This document shows positions 1-13,260 of a DNA stretch of 64,000 nucleotides, piece by piece (position 1 is the first letter of the stretch; every line of letters starts with the position of its first letter). Below the pieces are notes generated by a model. It did not search any database, had not been told where the DNA came from, and worked only from the letters and a program-made list of their open reading frames with translations. The translations under genes were made by a program, and so were the position numbers. This DNA comes from Eledone cirrhosa (taxonomy: Eukaryota): NCBI GenBank assembly GCA_964016885.1, contig OZ024744.1, positions 132,804,001 through 132,868,000 of the forward strand. The letters run 5' to 3'.

Positions 1-1450
1 AACCCCAACTTAACTTAACCCCAACTTAACTTAACCCCATCTTAACTTAACCCCAACTTAATTTAACCTCAACTTAACTTAACCCCAACTTAATTTAACC
101 CCAACTTAACTTAACCCCAACTTAACTTAACCCCAACTTAATTAAACCCAACTTAAATTAACCCCAACTTAACTTACCCCCAACTTAACTTACCCCCAAC
201 TTAACTTAACCACAACCTAACTTAACCCCAACTTAACTTAACCCCAACTTAACCTAACCCCAACTTAACTTAACCCCAACTTAATTTAACCCCAACTTAA
301 CTCAACCCAACTTAACTTAACCCTAACTTAACCCCAAATTAACTTAACCCCAACTTAACTTAACCCCATCTTAACTTACCCCCAACTTAACTACCACCAA
401 CTTACCTTACCCCCAACTTAACTTAACCCCAACTTAACTTAACCCCAACTTAACTTAACCCCAACTTAATTTAACCCCAACTTAACTTAACCCCAACTTA
501 ATTTAACCCCAACTTAACTTAACCCCAACTTAAATTAACCCCAACTTAATTTGACCCAACTTAAATTAACCCCAACTTAACTTACCCCCAACTTAACTTA
601 CCCCCAACTTAACTTAACCCCAACTTAACTTAACCCCAACTTAACTTAACCCCACTTAACTTAAACCCAACTTAAGTACCCCCAACTTAAGTTAACCCCA
701 AATTAACTCAACCCCAACTTAACTTAACCCCAACTTAACTTAACCCCAACTTAATTAGACCCAACTTAAATTAACCCCAACTTAACTTACCCCCAACTTA
801 ACTTACCCCCAACTTAATTTAACCACAACCTAACTTAACCCCAACTTAACTTAACCCCAACTTAACTTAACCCCAACTTAACTTAACCCCACTTAACTTA
901 AACCCAACTTAAGTACCCCCAACTTAAGTTAACCCCAACTTAACTTAACCCCAACTTAACTTAACCCCAACTCAACTTAACCCCGCCTTAACTTAACCCC
1001 AACTTAACTTAACCCCAACTTAACTTAACCCCAACTTAACTTAACCACAATCTAACTTAACCCCAACTTAACTTAACCCCAACTTAAATTAACCCCAACT
1101 TAACTTAACCCCAATTTAACTTAACCCCAACTTAACTTAACCCCAACTTAACTTAACCGCAACTTAACTTAACCCCAACTTAAAATAACCCCAACTTAAC
1201 TTAACCCCAACTTAACTCAACCCCAACTTAACTTAACCCTAACTTAACTTAACCCCAACTTAACTTAACCCCAACTTAACTTACCCCCAACTTAACTTAC
1301 CCCCAACTTAACTTTCCCCCAACTTAAATTAACCCCAACTTAACTTAACCCCAACTTAACTTAACCCCAACTTAACTTAACCCCAACTTAACTTAACCCC
1401 AACTTAAATCACCCGCAACTTAACTTAACCCCAACTTAAATTAACCCCAA
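1..1450 (+). repeat. Left-edge sub-domain of the satellite with its own variant set and short internal duplications
   Basis: Variants such as AAGTACCCCC (674 and 911, 237 bp apart), AACCACAACCT (about 209 and 821) and frequent ACCCCC hexamers occur here. I did not see the first two in the rest of the window. The right boundary is approximate. Confidence 0.6.
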
Positions 1451-4400
1451 CTTAACTTAACCCCAACTTAAATAAACCCCAACTTAAATTAACCCCAACT
1501 TAACTTAACCCCAACTTAACTTAACCCCAACTTAACTCAGCCCCAACTTAACTTAGCCCCAACTTAACTTAACCCCAACTTAACTTAACCCCAACTTAAC
1601 TTAACCCCAACTTAACTTATCCCCAACTTAACTTAACCCTAACTTAACTTAAACCCAACTTAACTTAACCCCAACTTCAATTATCCCCAACTTAACTTAT
1701 CCCCAACTTAACTTAACCCCAACTTAACTTAACCCCAACTTAATTTAACCCCAACTTAACTTAACCCCAACTTAACTTAACCCCAACTTAACTTAACCAC
1801 AAATTAACTTAACCCCAACTTAACTTAACCCCAACTTAACTTAACCCCAACTTAACTTAAACCTAACTTAACTTAACCCCAACTTAACCCCAACTTAACT
1901 TGACCCCAACTTAACTTAACCCCAACTTAACTCAACCCCAACTTAACTTAACCCCAACTTAACTCAGCCCCAAATTAACTCAGCCCCAACTTAACTTAGC
2001 CCCAACTTACCTTAACACCAACTTAACTTAACCCCAACTTAACTTAACCCCAACTTAACTTAACCCCAACTTAACTTATCCCCAACTTAACTGAACCCCA
2101 ACTTAACTTAACCCCAACTTAATATAACCCCAACTTAACTTAACCCCAACTTAACTCAACCCCAACTTAAATTAACCCCAACTTAAATTAACCTCAACTT
2201 AACTTAACACCAACTTAACGTAACCCCAACTTAACTTAACCCCAACTTAACTTAAACCTAACTTAACTTAACCCCAACTTAACCCCAACTTAACTTGACC
2301 CCAACTTAACTTAACCTCAACTTAACTTAACCCCAACTTAACTTAACCACATCTTAACTTAACCCCAACTTAACTTAACCCCAACTTAACTTAACCCCAA
2401 CTTAAATTAACCCCAACTTAACTTAACCCCAACTTAACTTAACCCCGACTTAACTTAACCCCAACTTAACTTAACCCCAACTTAACTTAACCCCAACTTA
2501 ACTTAACCACAAATTAACTTAACCCCAACTTAACTTAACCCCAACTTAACTTAACCCCAACTTAACTTAACCCCAACTTAATTAAACCTAACCTAACTTA
2601 ACCCCAACTTAACCCCAACTTAACTTGACCCCAACTTAACTTAACCCCAACTTAACTCAACCCCAACTTAACTTAACCCCAACTTAACTCAGCCCCAACT
2701 TAACTCAGCCCCAACTTAACTTAGCCACAACTTAACTTAACACCAACTTAACTTAACCCCAACTTAACTTAACCCCAACTTAACTTAACCCCAACTTAAC
2801 TTATCCCCAACTTAACTGAACCCCAACTTAACTTAACCCCAACTTAATATAACCCCAACTTAACTCAACCCCAACTTAAATTAACCCCAACTTAACTTAT
2901 CCCCAACTTAACTTAACCCCAACTTAATTAACCCCAACTTAAATTAACCCCAACTTAACTTAACACCAACTTAACGTAACCCCAACTTAACTTAACCCCA
3001 ACTTAACTTAAACCTAACTTAACTTAACCCCAACTTAACCCCAACTTAACTTGACCCCAACTTAACTTAACCCCAACTTAACTCAACCCCAACTTAACTT
3101 AACCCCAACTTAACTTAGCCCCAACTTAACTTAACACCAACTTAACTTAACCCCAACTGAACTTAACCCCAACTTAACTTAACCCCAACTTAACTTATCC
3201 CCAACTTAACTGAACCCCAACTTAACTGAACCCCAACTTAAATTAACCCCAACTTAACTTAACCCCAACTTAACTTAACCCCAACTTAACTCAACACCAA
3301 CTTAACTCAACCCCAACTTAACTCAACCCCAATTTAACTCAACCCCAACTTAACTCAACCCCAACTTAACTTAACCCCAACTTAACTGAACCCTAACTTA
3401 ACTTAACCCCGACTTAACTTAACCCCGACTTAACTTAACCCCAACTTAACTTAACCCCAACTTAACTCAACCCCAACTTAACTTAACCCCAACTTAATTT
3501 AACCCCATCTTAACCCCAACTTAACTTAACCCCAACTTAACTGAACCCCAACTTAATTTAACACCAACTTAACGTAACCCCAACTTAAATAAACCCCAAC
3601 TTAAATTAACCCCAACTTAACTTAACCCCAACTTAACTTAACCCCAACTTAACTTAACCCCAACTTAACTTACCCCCAACTTAACTTAACCCCAACTTAA
3701 CTTAAACCCAACTTAACTTAACCCCAACTTAACTTAACCCCAACTTAATTTAACGCCAACTTAACTTAACCTCAACTTAACTTAACCCCAACTTAACTTA
3801 ACCCCAACTTAACTTAACCCCAACTTAATTTAACCCCAACTTAACTTAACCTCAACTTAACTTAGCCCCAACTTAACTTAACCCCAACTTAAATTAACCC
3901 CAACTTAACTTAACCCCAACTTAACTTAACCCCGACTTAACTTAACCCCAACTTAACTTAACCGCAACTTAACTTAACCCCAACTTAACTTAACCACAAA
4001 TTAACTTAACCCCAACTTAACTTAACCCCAACTTAACTTAACCCCAACTTAACTTAACCCCAACTTAACTTAAACCTAACTTAACTTAACCCCAACTTAA
4101 CCCCAACTTAACTTGACCCCAACTTAACTTAACCCCAACTTAACTCAACCCCAACTTAACTTAACCCCAACTTAACTCAGCCCCAACTTAACTCAGCCCC
4201 AACTTAACTTAGCCCCAACTTAACTTAACACCAACTTAACTTAACCCCAACTTAACTTAACCCCAACTTAACTTAACCCCAACTTAACTTATCCCCAACT
4301 TAACTGAACCCCAACTTAACTCAACCCCAACTTAAATTAACCCCAACTTAACTTAACCCCAACTTAACTTAACCCCAACTTAATTAACCCCAACTTAAAT

Positions 4401-7400
4401 TAACCCCAACTTAACTTAACACCAACTTAACGTAACCCCAACTTAATTTAACCCCAACTTAAATTAACCCCAACTTAACTTGCCCCCAACTTAACTTACC
4501 CCCAACTTAACTTAACCCCAACTTAATTTAACCCCAACTTAATTTAACCCCAACTTAACTTAAACCCAACTTAACTTAACCCCAACTTAACTTAACCCCA
4601 AATTAACTCAACCCCAACTTAACTCAACCCCAACTTAACTTAACCCCAACTTAACTTAACCACAAATTAAATTAGCCCCAACTTAAATTAACCCCAACTT
4701 AACTCAACCACAACTTAACTTAACCCCGACTTAACTTAACCCCACCTTAACTTAACCTCAACTTAACTTAACTGCAACTTAACTTAACCCCAACTTAACT
4801 TAACCCCAACTTAACTCAACACCAACTTAACTCAACCCCAACTTAACTCAACGCCAATTTAACTCAACCCCAACTTAACTCAACCCCAACTTAACTTAAC
4901 CCCGACTTAAATTAACCCCGACTTAACTTAACCCCAACTTAACTCAACCCCAACTTAACTTAACCCCAACTTAACTTAACCCCAACTTAAATTAACCCCA
5001 GCTTAACTTAAACTCAACTTAACTAACCAACTTAACTTAACCCCAACTTAACTTGACCCCAACTTAACTTAACCCCAACTTAACTTAAACCCAACTTAAC
5101 TTAACCCCAACTTAACTTAACCCCAACTTAACTTAACCCCAACTTAACCCCAAATTAAATTAACCTCAACTTAACTTAACCCCAACTTAACTTAGCCCCA
5201 ACTTAACTTAGCCCCAACTTAACTTAGCCCCAACTTAACTTAACCCCAACTTAACTTAACCGCACCTTAACTTAACCTCAACTTAACTTAACTGCAACTT
5301 AACTTAACCCCAACTTAACTTAACCCCAACTTAACTCAAAACCAACTTAACTCAACCCCAACTTAACTCAACCCCAATTTAACTCAACCCCAACTTAACT
5401 CAACCCCAACTTAACTTAACCCCAACTTAACTGAACCCTAACTTAACTTAACCCCGACTTAACTTAACCCCGACTTAACTTAACCCCAACTTAACTTAAC
5501 CCCAACTTAACTTAACCCCAACTTAACTTAACCCCAACTTAATTTAACCCCATCTTAACCCCAACTTATCTTAACCCCAACTTAACTGAACCCCAACTTA
5601 ATTTAACCCCAACTTAAATAAACCCCAACTTAACTTAACCCCAACTTAACTTAACCCCAACTTAACTTAACCCCAACTTAACTCAGCCCCAACTTAACTT
5701 AGCCCCAACTTAACTTAACCCCAACTTAACTTAACCCCAACTTAACTTAACCCCAACTTAACTTAACACCAACTTAACGTAACCCCAACTTAATTTAACC
5801 CCAACTTAACTTAACCTCAACTTAACTTAACCCCAACTTAACTTAACCCCATCTTAACTTAACCCCAACTTAACTGAACCCCAACTTAACTTAACCCCAA
5901 CTTAAATTAACCCCAACTTAACTTAACCCCAACTTAACTTAACCCCGACTTAACTTAACCCCAACTTAACTTAATCCCAACTTAACTTAACCCCAACTTA
6001 ACTTAACCACAAATTAACTTAACCCCAACTTAACTTAACCCCAACTTAACTTAACCCCAACTTAACTTAACCCCAACTTAACTTAACCCCAACTTAACTT
6101 AAACCTAACTTAACTTAACCCCAACTTAACCCCAACTTAACTTGACCCCAACTTAACTTAACCCCAACTTAACTCAACCCCAACTTAACTTAACCCCAAC
6201 TTAACTCAGCCCCAACTTAACTCAGCCCCAACTTAACTTAGCCACAACTTAACTTAACACCAACTTAACTTAACCCCAACTTAACTTAACCCCAACTTAA
6301 CTTAACCCCAACTTAACTCAACCCCAACTTAAATTAACCCCAACTTAACTTATCCCCAACTTAACTTAACCCCAACTTAATTAACCCCAACTTAAATTAA
6401 CCCCAACTTAACTTAACACCAACTTAACGTAACCCCAACTTAAATAAACCCCAACTTAAATTAACCCCAACTTAACTTAACCCCAACTTAACTTAACCCC
6501 AACTTAACTCAGCCCCAACTTAACTTAGCCCCAACTTAACTTAACCCCAACTTAACTTAACCCCAACTTAACTTAACCCCAACTTAACTTAAACCTAACT
6601 TAACTAAACCCCAACTTAACCCCAACTTAACTTGACCCCAACTTAACTTAACCTCAACTTAACTTAACCCCAACTTAACCTAACCCCATCTTAACTTAAC
6701 CCCAACTTAACTTAACCCCAACTTAACTTAACCCCAACTTAAATTAACCCCAACTTAACTTAACCCCAACTTAACTTAACCCCGTATAACTTAACCCCAA
6801 CTTAACTTAACCCCAACTTAACTTAACCCCAACTTAACTTAACCACAAATTAACTTAACCCCAACTTAACTTAACCCCAACTTAACTTAACCCCAACTTA
6901 ACTTAACCCCAACTTAACTTAACCCCAACTTAACTGAAACCTAACCTAACTTAACCCCAACTTAACCCCAATTTAACTTGACCCCAACTTAACTTAACCC
7001 CAACTTAACTCAACCCCAACTTAACTTAACCCCAACTTAACTTAGCCCCAACTTAACTCAGCCCCAACTTAACTTAGCCACAACTTAACTTAACACCAAC
7101 TTAACTTAACCCCAACTTAACTTAACCCCAACTTAACTTAACCCCAACTTAACTTATCCCCAACTTAACTGAACCCCAACTTAACTTAACCCCAACTTAA
7201 TATAACCCCAACTTAACTTAACCCCAACTTAACTCAACACCAACTTAAATTAACCCCAACTTAACTTATCCCCAACTTAACTTAACCCCAACTTAATTAA
7301 CCCCAACTTAAATTAACCCCAACTTAACTTAACACCAACTTAACGTAACCCCAATTTAACTTAACCCCAACTTAACTTAAACCTAACTTAACTTAACCCC

Positions 7401-9461
7401 AACTTAACCCCAACTTAACTTGACCCCAACTGAACTTAACCCCAACTTAACTCAACCCCAACTTAACTTAACCCCAACTTAACTCAGCCCCAACTTAACT
7501 CAGCCCCAACTTAACTTAGCCCCAACTTAACTTAACACCAACTTAACTTAACCCCAACTTAACTTATCCCCAACTTAACTGAACCCCAACTTAACTGAAC
7601 CCCAACTTAAATTAACCCCAACTTAACTTAACCCCAACTTAACTTAACCCCAACTTAACTCAACACCAACTTAACTCAACCCCAACTTAACTCAACCCCA
7701 ATTTAACTCAACCCCAACTTAACTCAACCCCAACTTAACTTAACCCCAACTTAACTGAACCCTAACTTAACTTAACCCCGACTTAACTTAACCCCGACTT
7801 AACTTAACCCCAACTTAACTTAACCCCAACTTAACTTAACCCCAACTTAACTTAACCCCAACTTAATTTAACCCCATCTTAACCCCAACTTAACTTAACC
7901 CCAACTTAACTGAACCCCAACTTAACTTAACCCCAACTTAAATAAACCCCAACTTAACTTAACCCCAACTTAACTTAACCCCAACTTAACTTAACCCCAA
8001 CTTAACTCAGCCCCAACTTAACTTAGCCCCAACTTAACTTAACCCCAACTTAACTTAACCCCAACTTAACTTTACCCCAACTTAACTTAACCCCAACTTA
8101 ACTTAAACCCAACTTAACTTAACCCCAACTTAAATTATCCCCAACTTAACTTATCCCCAACTTAACTTAACCCCAACTTAACTTAACCCCAACTTAACTT
8201 AACCCCAACTTAATTTAACCCCAACTTAACTTAACCTCAACTTAACTTAACCCCAACTTAACTTAACCCCATCTTAACTTAACCCCAACTTAACTTAACC
8301 CCAACTTAACTTAACCCCAACTTAAATTAACCCCAACTTAACTTAACCCCAACTTAACTTAACCCCGACTTAACTTAACCCCAACTTAACTTAACCCCAA
8401 CTTAACTTAACCCCAACTTAACCCCAACTTAACTTGACCCCAACTTAACTTAACCCCAACTTAACTCAACCCCAACTTAACTTAACCCCAACTTAACTCA
8501 GCCCCAACTTAACTCAGCCCCAACTTAACTTAGCCCCAACTTAACTTAACACCAACTTAACTTAACCCCACCTTAACTTAACCCCAACTTAACTTAACCC
8601 CAACTTAACTTATCCCCAACTTAACTGAACCCCAACTTAACTTAACCCCAACTTAATATAACCCCAACTTAACTTAACCCCAACTTAACTCAACCCCAAC
8701 TTAAATTAACCCCAACTTAACTTAACCCCAACTTAACTTAACCCCAACTTAATTAACCCCAACTTAAATTAACCCCAACTTAACTTAACACCAACTTAAC
8801 GTAACCCCAACTTAATTTAACCCCAACTTAAATTAACCCCAACTTAACTTGCCCCCAACTTAACTTACCCCCAACGTAACTTAACCCCAACTTAATTTAA
8901 CCCCAACTTAATTTAACCCCAACTTAACTTAACCCCAAATTAACTCAACCCCAACTTAACTCAACCCCAACTTAACTTAACCCCAACTTAACTTAACCCC
9001 AACTTAACTTAACCACAAATTAACTTAGCCCCAACTTAAATTAACCCCAACTTAACTCAACCACAACTTAACTTAACCCCGACCTAACTTAACCCCAACT
9101 TAACTTAACCCCAACTTAACTTAACCCCAACTTCACTCAACCCCAACTTAACTCAACCCCAACTTAACCCCAACTTAACTTAACCCCAACTTAAATTAAC
9201 CACAAAGTTAACTTAACCCCAATTTAAATTAACCCCAACTTAACTTAACCCCAACTTAACATAACCACCACTTAATTAACCCCAACTTAACTCAACCCCA
9301 ACTTAACTTAACCCTAACTTAACTTAACCCCAACTTAACCGCAACTTAACTTAACCCCAACTTAACTTACCCCCAACTTAACTTACCCCCCAACTTAACT
9401 GAACCCCAACTTAAGTTAAGCCTAACTTAACTTAACGCCAACTTAACTTAACCCCGACTTA

Positions 9462-9634
9462 GGGCTTAAGTTAAGTTGGGGCTAAGTTAAGTTGGGGTTA
9501 AGTCAAGTTGGAAGTTGTGGTTGAGTGAAGTTGGGGTTAAGTTAAGTTGGGGTTGAGTGAAGTTGGGGTTAAGTTAAGTTGGGGTTGAGTTACGTTGGGG
9601 TTGAGTGAAGTTGGGGTTAAGTTAAGTTGGGGTT
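9462..9634 (-). repeat. 173-bp inverted satellite island, copy 1 (TACG allele, upstream C6 run)
   Basis: The strand switches at CCCCGACTTA|GGGCTTAAG and switches back at GGGGTT|AACCCC. It contains the diagnostic AAGTCAAGTTGGAAGTTGTGG and GAGTTACGTT. Confidence 0.97.
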
Positions 9635-12600
9635 AACCCCAACTTAACTTAACCCCAACTTAACTTAACCCCAACTTAACTTAACCCCAACTTAACTTAA
9701 CCCCAACATAACTTAACCCCAACTTAAATTAACCCCAACTTAACTTAAACTCAACTTAACTAACCAACTTAACTTAACCCCAACTTAACTTAACCCCAAC
9801 TTAACTTAACCCCAACTTAACTTAACCCCAACTTAACTTAACCCCAACTTAAATTAACCCCAACTTAACTTAACCCCAACTTAACTTAACCCCGACTTAA
9901 CTTAACCCCAACTTAACTTAACCCCAACTTAACTTAGCCCCAACTTAACTTAGCCCCAACTTAACTTAGCCCCAACTTAACTTAACCCCAACTTAACATA
10001 ACCGCACCTTAACTTAACCTCAACTTAACTTAACTGCAACTTAACTTAACCCCAACTTAACTTAACCCCAACTTAACTCAACACCAACTTAACTCAACCC
10101 CAACTTAACTCAACCCCAATTTAACTCAACCCCAACTTAACTCAACCCCAACTTAACTTAACCCCAACTTAACTGAACCCTAACTTAACTTAACCCCGAC
10201 TTAAATTAAGCCCAACTTAACTTAACCCCAACTTAACTCAGCCCCAACTTAACTTAGCCCTAACTTAACTTAACCCCAACTTAACTTAACCCCAACTTAA
10301 TTAACCCCAACTTAAATTAACCCCAACTTAACTTAACACCAACTTAACATAACCCCATCTTAAATAAACCCCAACTTAAATTAACCCCAACTTAACTTAA
10401 CCCCAACTTAACTTAACCCCAACTTAACTCAGCCCCAACTTAACTTAGCCCCAACTTAACTTAACCCCAACTTAACTTAACCCCAACTTAACTTAACCCC
10501 AACTTAACTTATCCCCAACTTAACTTAACCCCAACTTAACTTAAACCCAACTTAACTTAACCCCAACTTAAACTATCCCCAACTTAACTTATCCCCAACT
10601 TACCTTAACCCCAACTTAACTTAACCCCAACTTAACTTAACCCCAACTTAATTTAACCCCAACTTAACTTAACCTCAACTTAACTTAACCCCAACTTAAC
10701 TTAACCCCAACTTAACTTAACCCCAACTTAAATTAGCCCCAACTTAACTTAACCCCAACTTAAATTAACCCCAACTTAACTTAACCCCAACTTAACTTAA
10801 CCCCGACTTAAATTAACCCCAACTTAACTTAACCCCAACTTAACTTAACCCCAACTTAACTTAACCACAAATTAAATTAACCCCAACTTAACTTAACCCC
10901 AACTTAACTTAACCCCAACTTAACTTAACCCCAACTTAACTTAACCCCAACTTAACTTAAACCTAACTTAACTTAACCCCAACTTAACCCCAACTTAACT
11001 TGACCCCAACTTAACTTAACCCCAACTTAACTCAACCCCAACTTAACTTAACCCCAACTTCACTCAGCCCCAACTTAACTCAGCCCCAACTTAACTTAGC
11101 CCCAACTTAACTTAACACCAACTTAACTTAACCCCAACTTAACTTAACCCCAACTTAACTTAACCCCAACTTAACTCAACCCCAACTTAACTTAACCCCA
11201 ACTTAACTCAGCCCCAACTTAACTCAGCACCAACTTAACTTAGCCCCAACTTAACTTAACACCAACTTAACTGAACCCCAACTTAACTTAACCCCAACTT
11301 AATATAACCCCAACTTAACTTAACCCCAACTTAACTCAACCCCAACTTAAATTAACCCCAACTTAACTTAACCCCAACTTAACTTAACCCCAACTTAATT
11401 AACCCCAACTTAAATTAACCCCAACTTAACTTAACACCAACTTAACGTAACCCCAACTTAACTTAACCCCAACTTAACTTAAACCTAACTTAACTTAACC
11501 CCAACTTAACCCCAACTTAACTTGACCCCAACTTAACTTAACCCCAACTTAACTCAACCCCAACTTAACTTAACCCCAACTTAACTCAGCCCCAACTTAA
11601 CTCAGCCCCAACTTAACTTAGCCCCAACTTAACTTAACACCAACTTAACTTAACCCCAACTTAACTTAACCCCAACTTAACTTAACCCCAACTTAACTTA
11701 TCCCCAACTTAACTGAACCCCAACTTAACTGAACCCCAACTTAACTTAACCCCAACTTAACTTAACCCCAACTTAACTTAAACCCAACTTAACTTAACCC
11801 CAACTTAAATTATCCCCAACTTAACTTATCCCCAACTTAACTTAACCCCAACTTAACTTAACCCCAACTTAACTTAACCCCAACTTAATTTAACCCCAAC
11901 TTAACTTAACCTCAACTTAACTTAACCCCAACTTAACTTAACCCCATCTTAACTTAACCCCAACTTAACTTAACCCCAACTTAACTTAACCCCAACTTAA
12001 ATTAACCCCAACTTAACTTAACCCCAACTTAACTTAACCCCGACTTAACTTAACCCCAACTTAACTTAACCCCAACTTAAGTTAACCCCAACTTAACCCC
12101 AACTTAACTTGACCCCAACTTAACTTAACCCCAACTTAACTCAACCCCAACTTAACTTAACCCCAACTTAACTCAGCCCCAACTTAACTCAGCCCCAACT
12201 TAACTTAGCCCCAACTTAACTTAACACCAACTTAACTTAACCCCACCTTAACTTAACCCCAACTTAACTTAACCCCAACTTAACTTATCCCCAACTTAAC
12301 TGAACCCCAACTTAACTCAACCCCAACTTAAATTAACCCCAACTTAACTTAACCCCAACTTAACTTAACCCCAACTTAATTAACCCCAACTTAAATTAAC
12401 CCCAACTTAACTTAACACCAACTTAACGTAACCCCAACTTAATTTAACCCCAACTTAAATTAACCCCAACTTAACTTGCCCCCAACTTAACTTACCCCCA
12501 ACGTAACTTAACCCCAACTTAATTTTACCCCAACTTAATTTAACCCCAACTTAACTTAACCCCAAATTAACTCAACCCCAACTTAACTCAACCCCAACTT

Positions 12601-13087
12601 AACTTAACCCCAACTTAACTTAACCCCAACTTAACTTAACCACAAATTAACTTAGCCCCAACTTAAATTAACCCCAACTTAACTCAACCACAACTTAACT
12701 TAACCCCGACCTAACTTAACCCCAACTTAACTTAACCCCAACTTAACTTAACCCCAACTTCACTCAACCCCAACTTAACTCAACCCCAACTTAACCCCAA
12801 CTTAACTTAACCCCAACTTAAATTAACCACAAAGTTAACTTAACCCCAATTTAAATTAACCCCAACTTAACTTAACCCCAACTTAACATAACCACCACTT
12901 AATTAACCCCAACTTAACTCAACCCCAACTTAACTTAACCCTAACTTAACTTAACCCCAACTTAACCGCAACTTAACTTAACCCCAACTTAACTTACCCC
13001 CAACTTAACTTACCCCCAACTTAACTGAACCCCAACTTAAGTTAAGCCTAACTTAACTTAACGCCAACTTAACTTAACCCCGACTTA

Positions 13088-13260
13088 GGGCTTAAGTTAA
13101 GTTGGGGCTAAGTTAAGTTGGGGTTAAGTCAAGTTGGAAGTTGTGGTTGAGTGAAGTTGGGGTTAAGTTAAGTTGGGGTTGAGTGAAGTTGGGGTTAAGT
13201 TAAGTTGGGGTTGAGTTAAGTTGGGGTTGAGTGAAGTTGGGGTTAAGTTAAGTTGGGGTT
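13088..13260 (-). repeat. 173-bp inverted satellite island, copy 2 (TAAG allele)
   Basis: Same junctions and length as copy 1, with GAGTTAAGTT in place of GAGTTACGTT. Confidence 0.97.

Noticed and set aside
9459-9464. TTAGGG vertebrate-type telomere hexamer at each left junction
   Set aside because: It is a single hexamer created by joining ACTTA to GGGC, with no tandem copies.
9462-9634. Island as a MITE or piggyBac-like element inserted at TTAA
   Set aside because: It consists only of satellite monomers, has no terminal inverted repeats of its own, and always sits in the same flanking context. It therefore spreads with block duplications, not by independent insertion.
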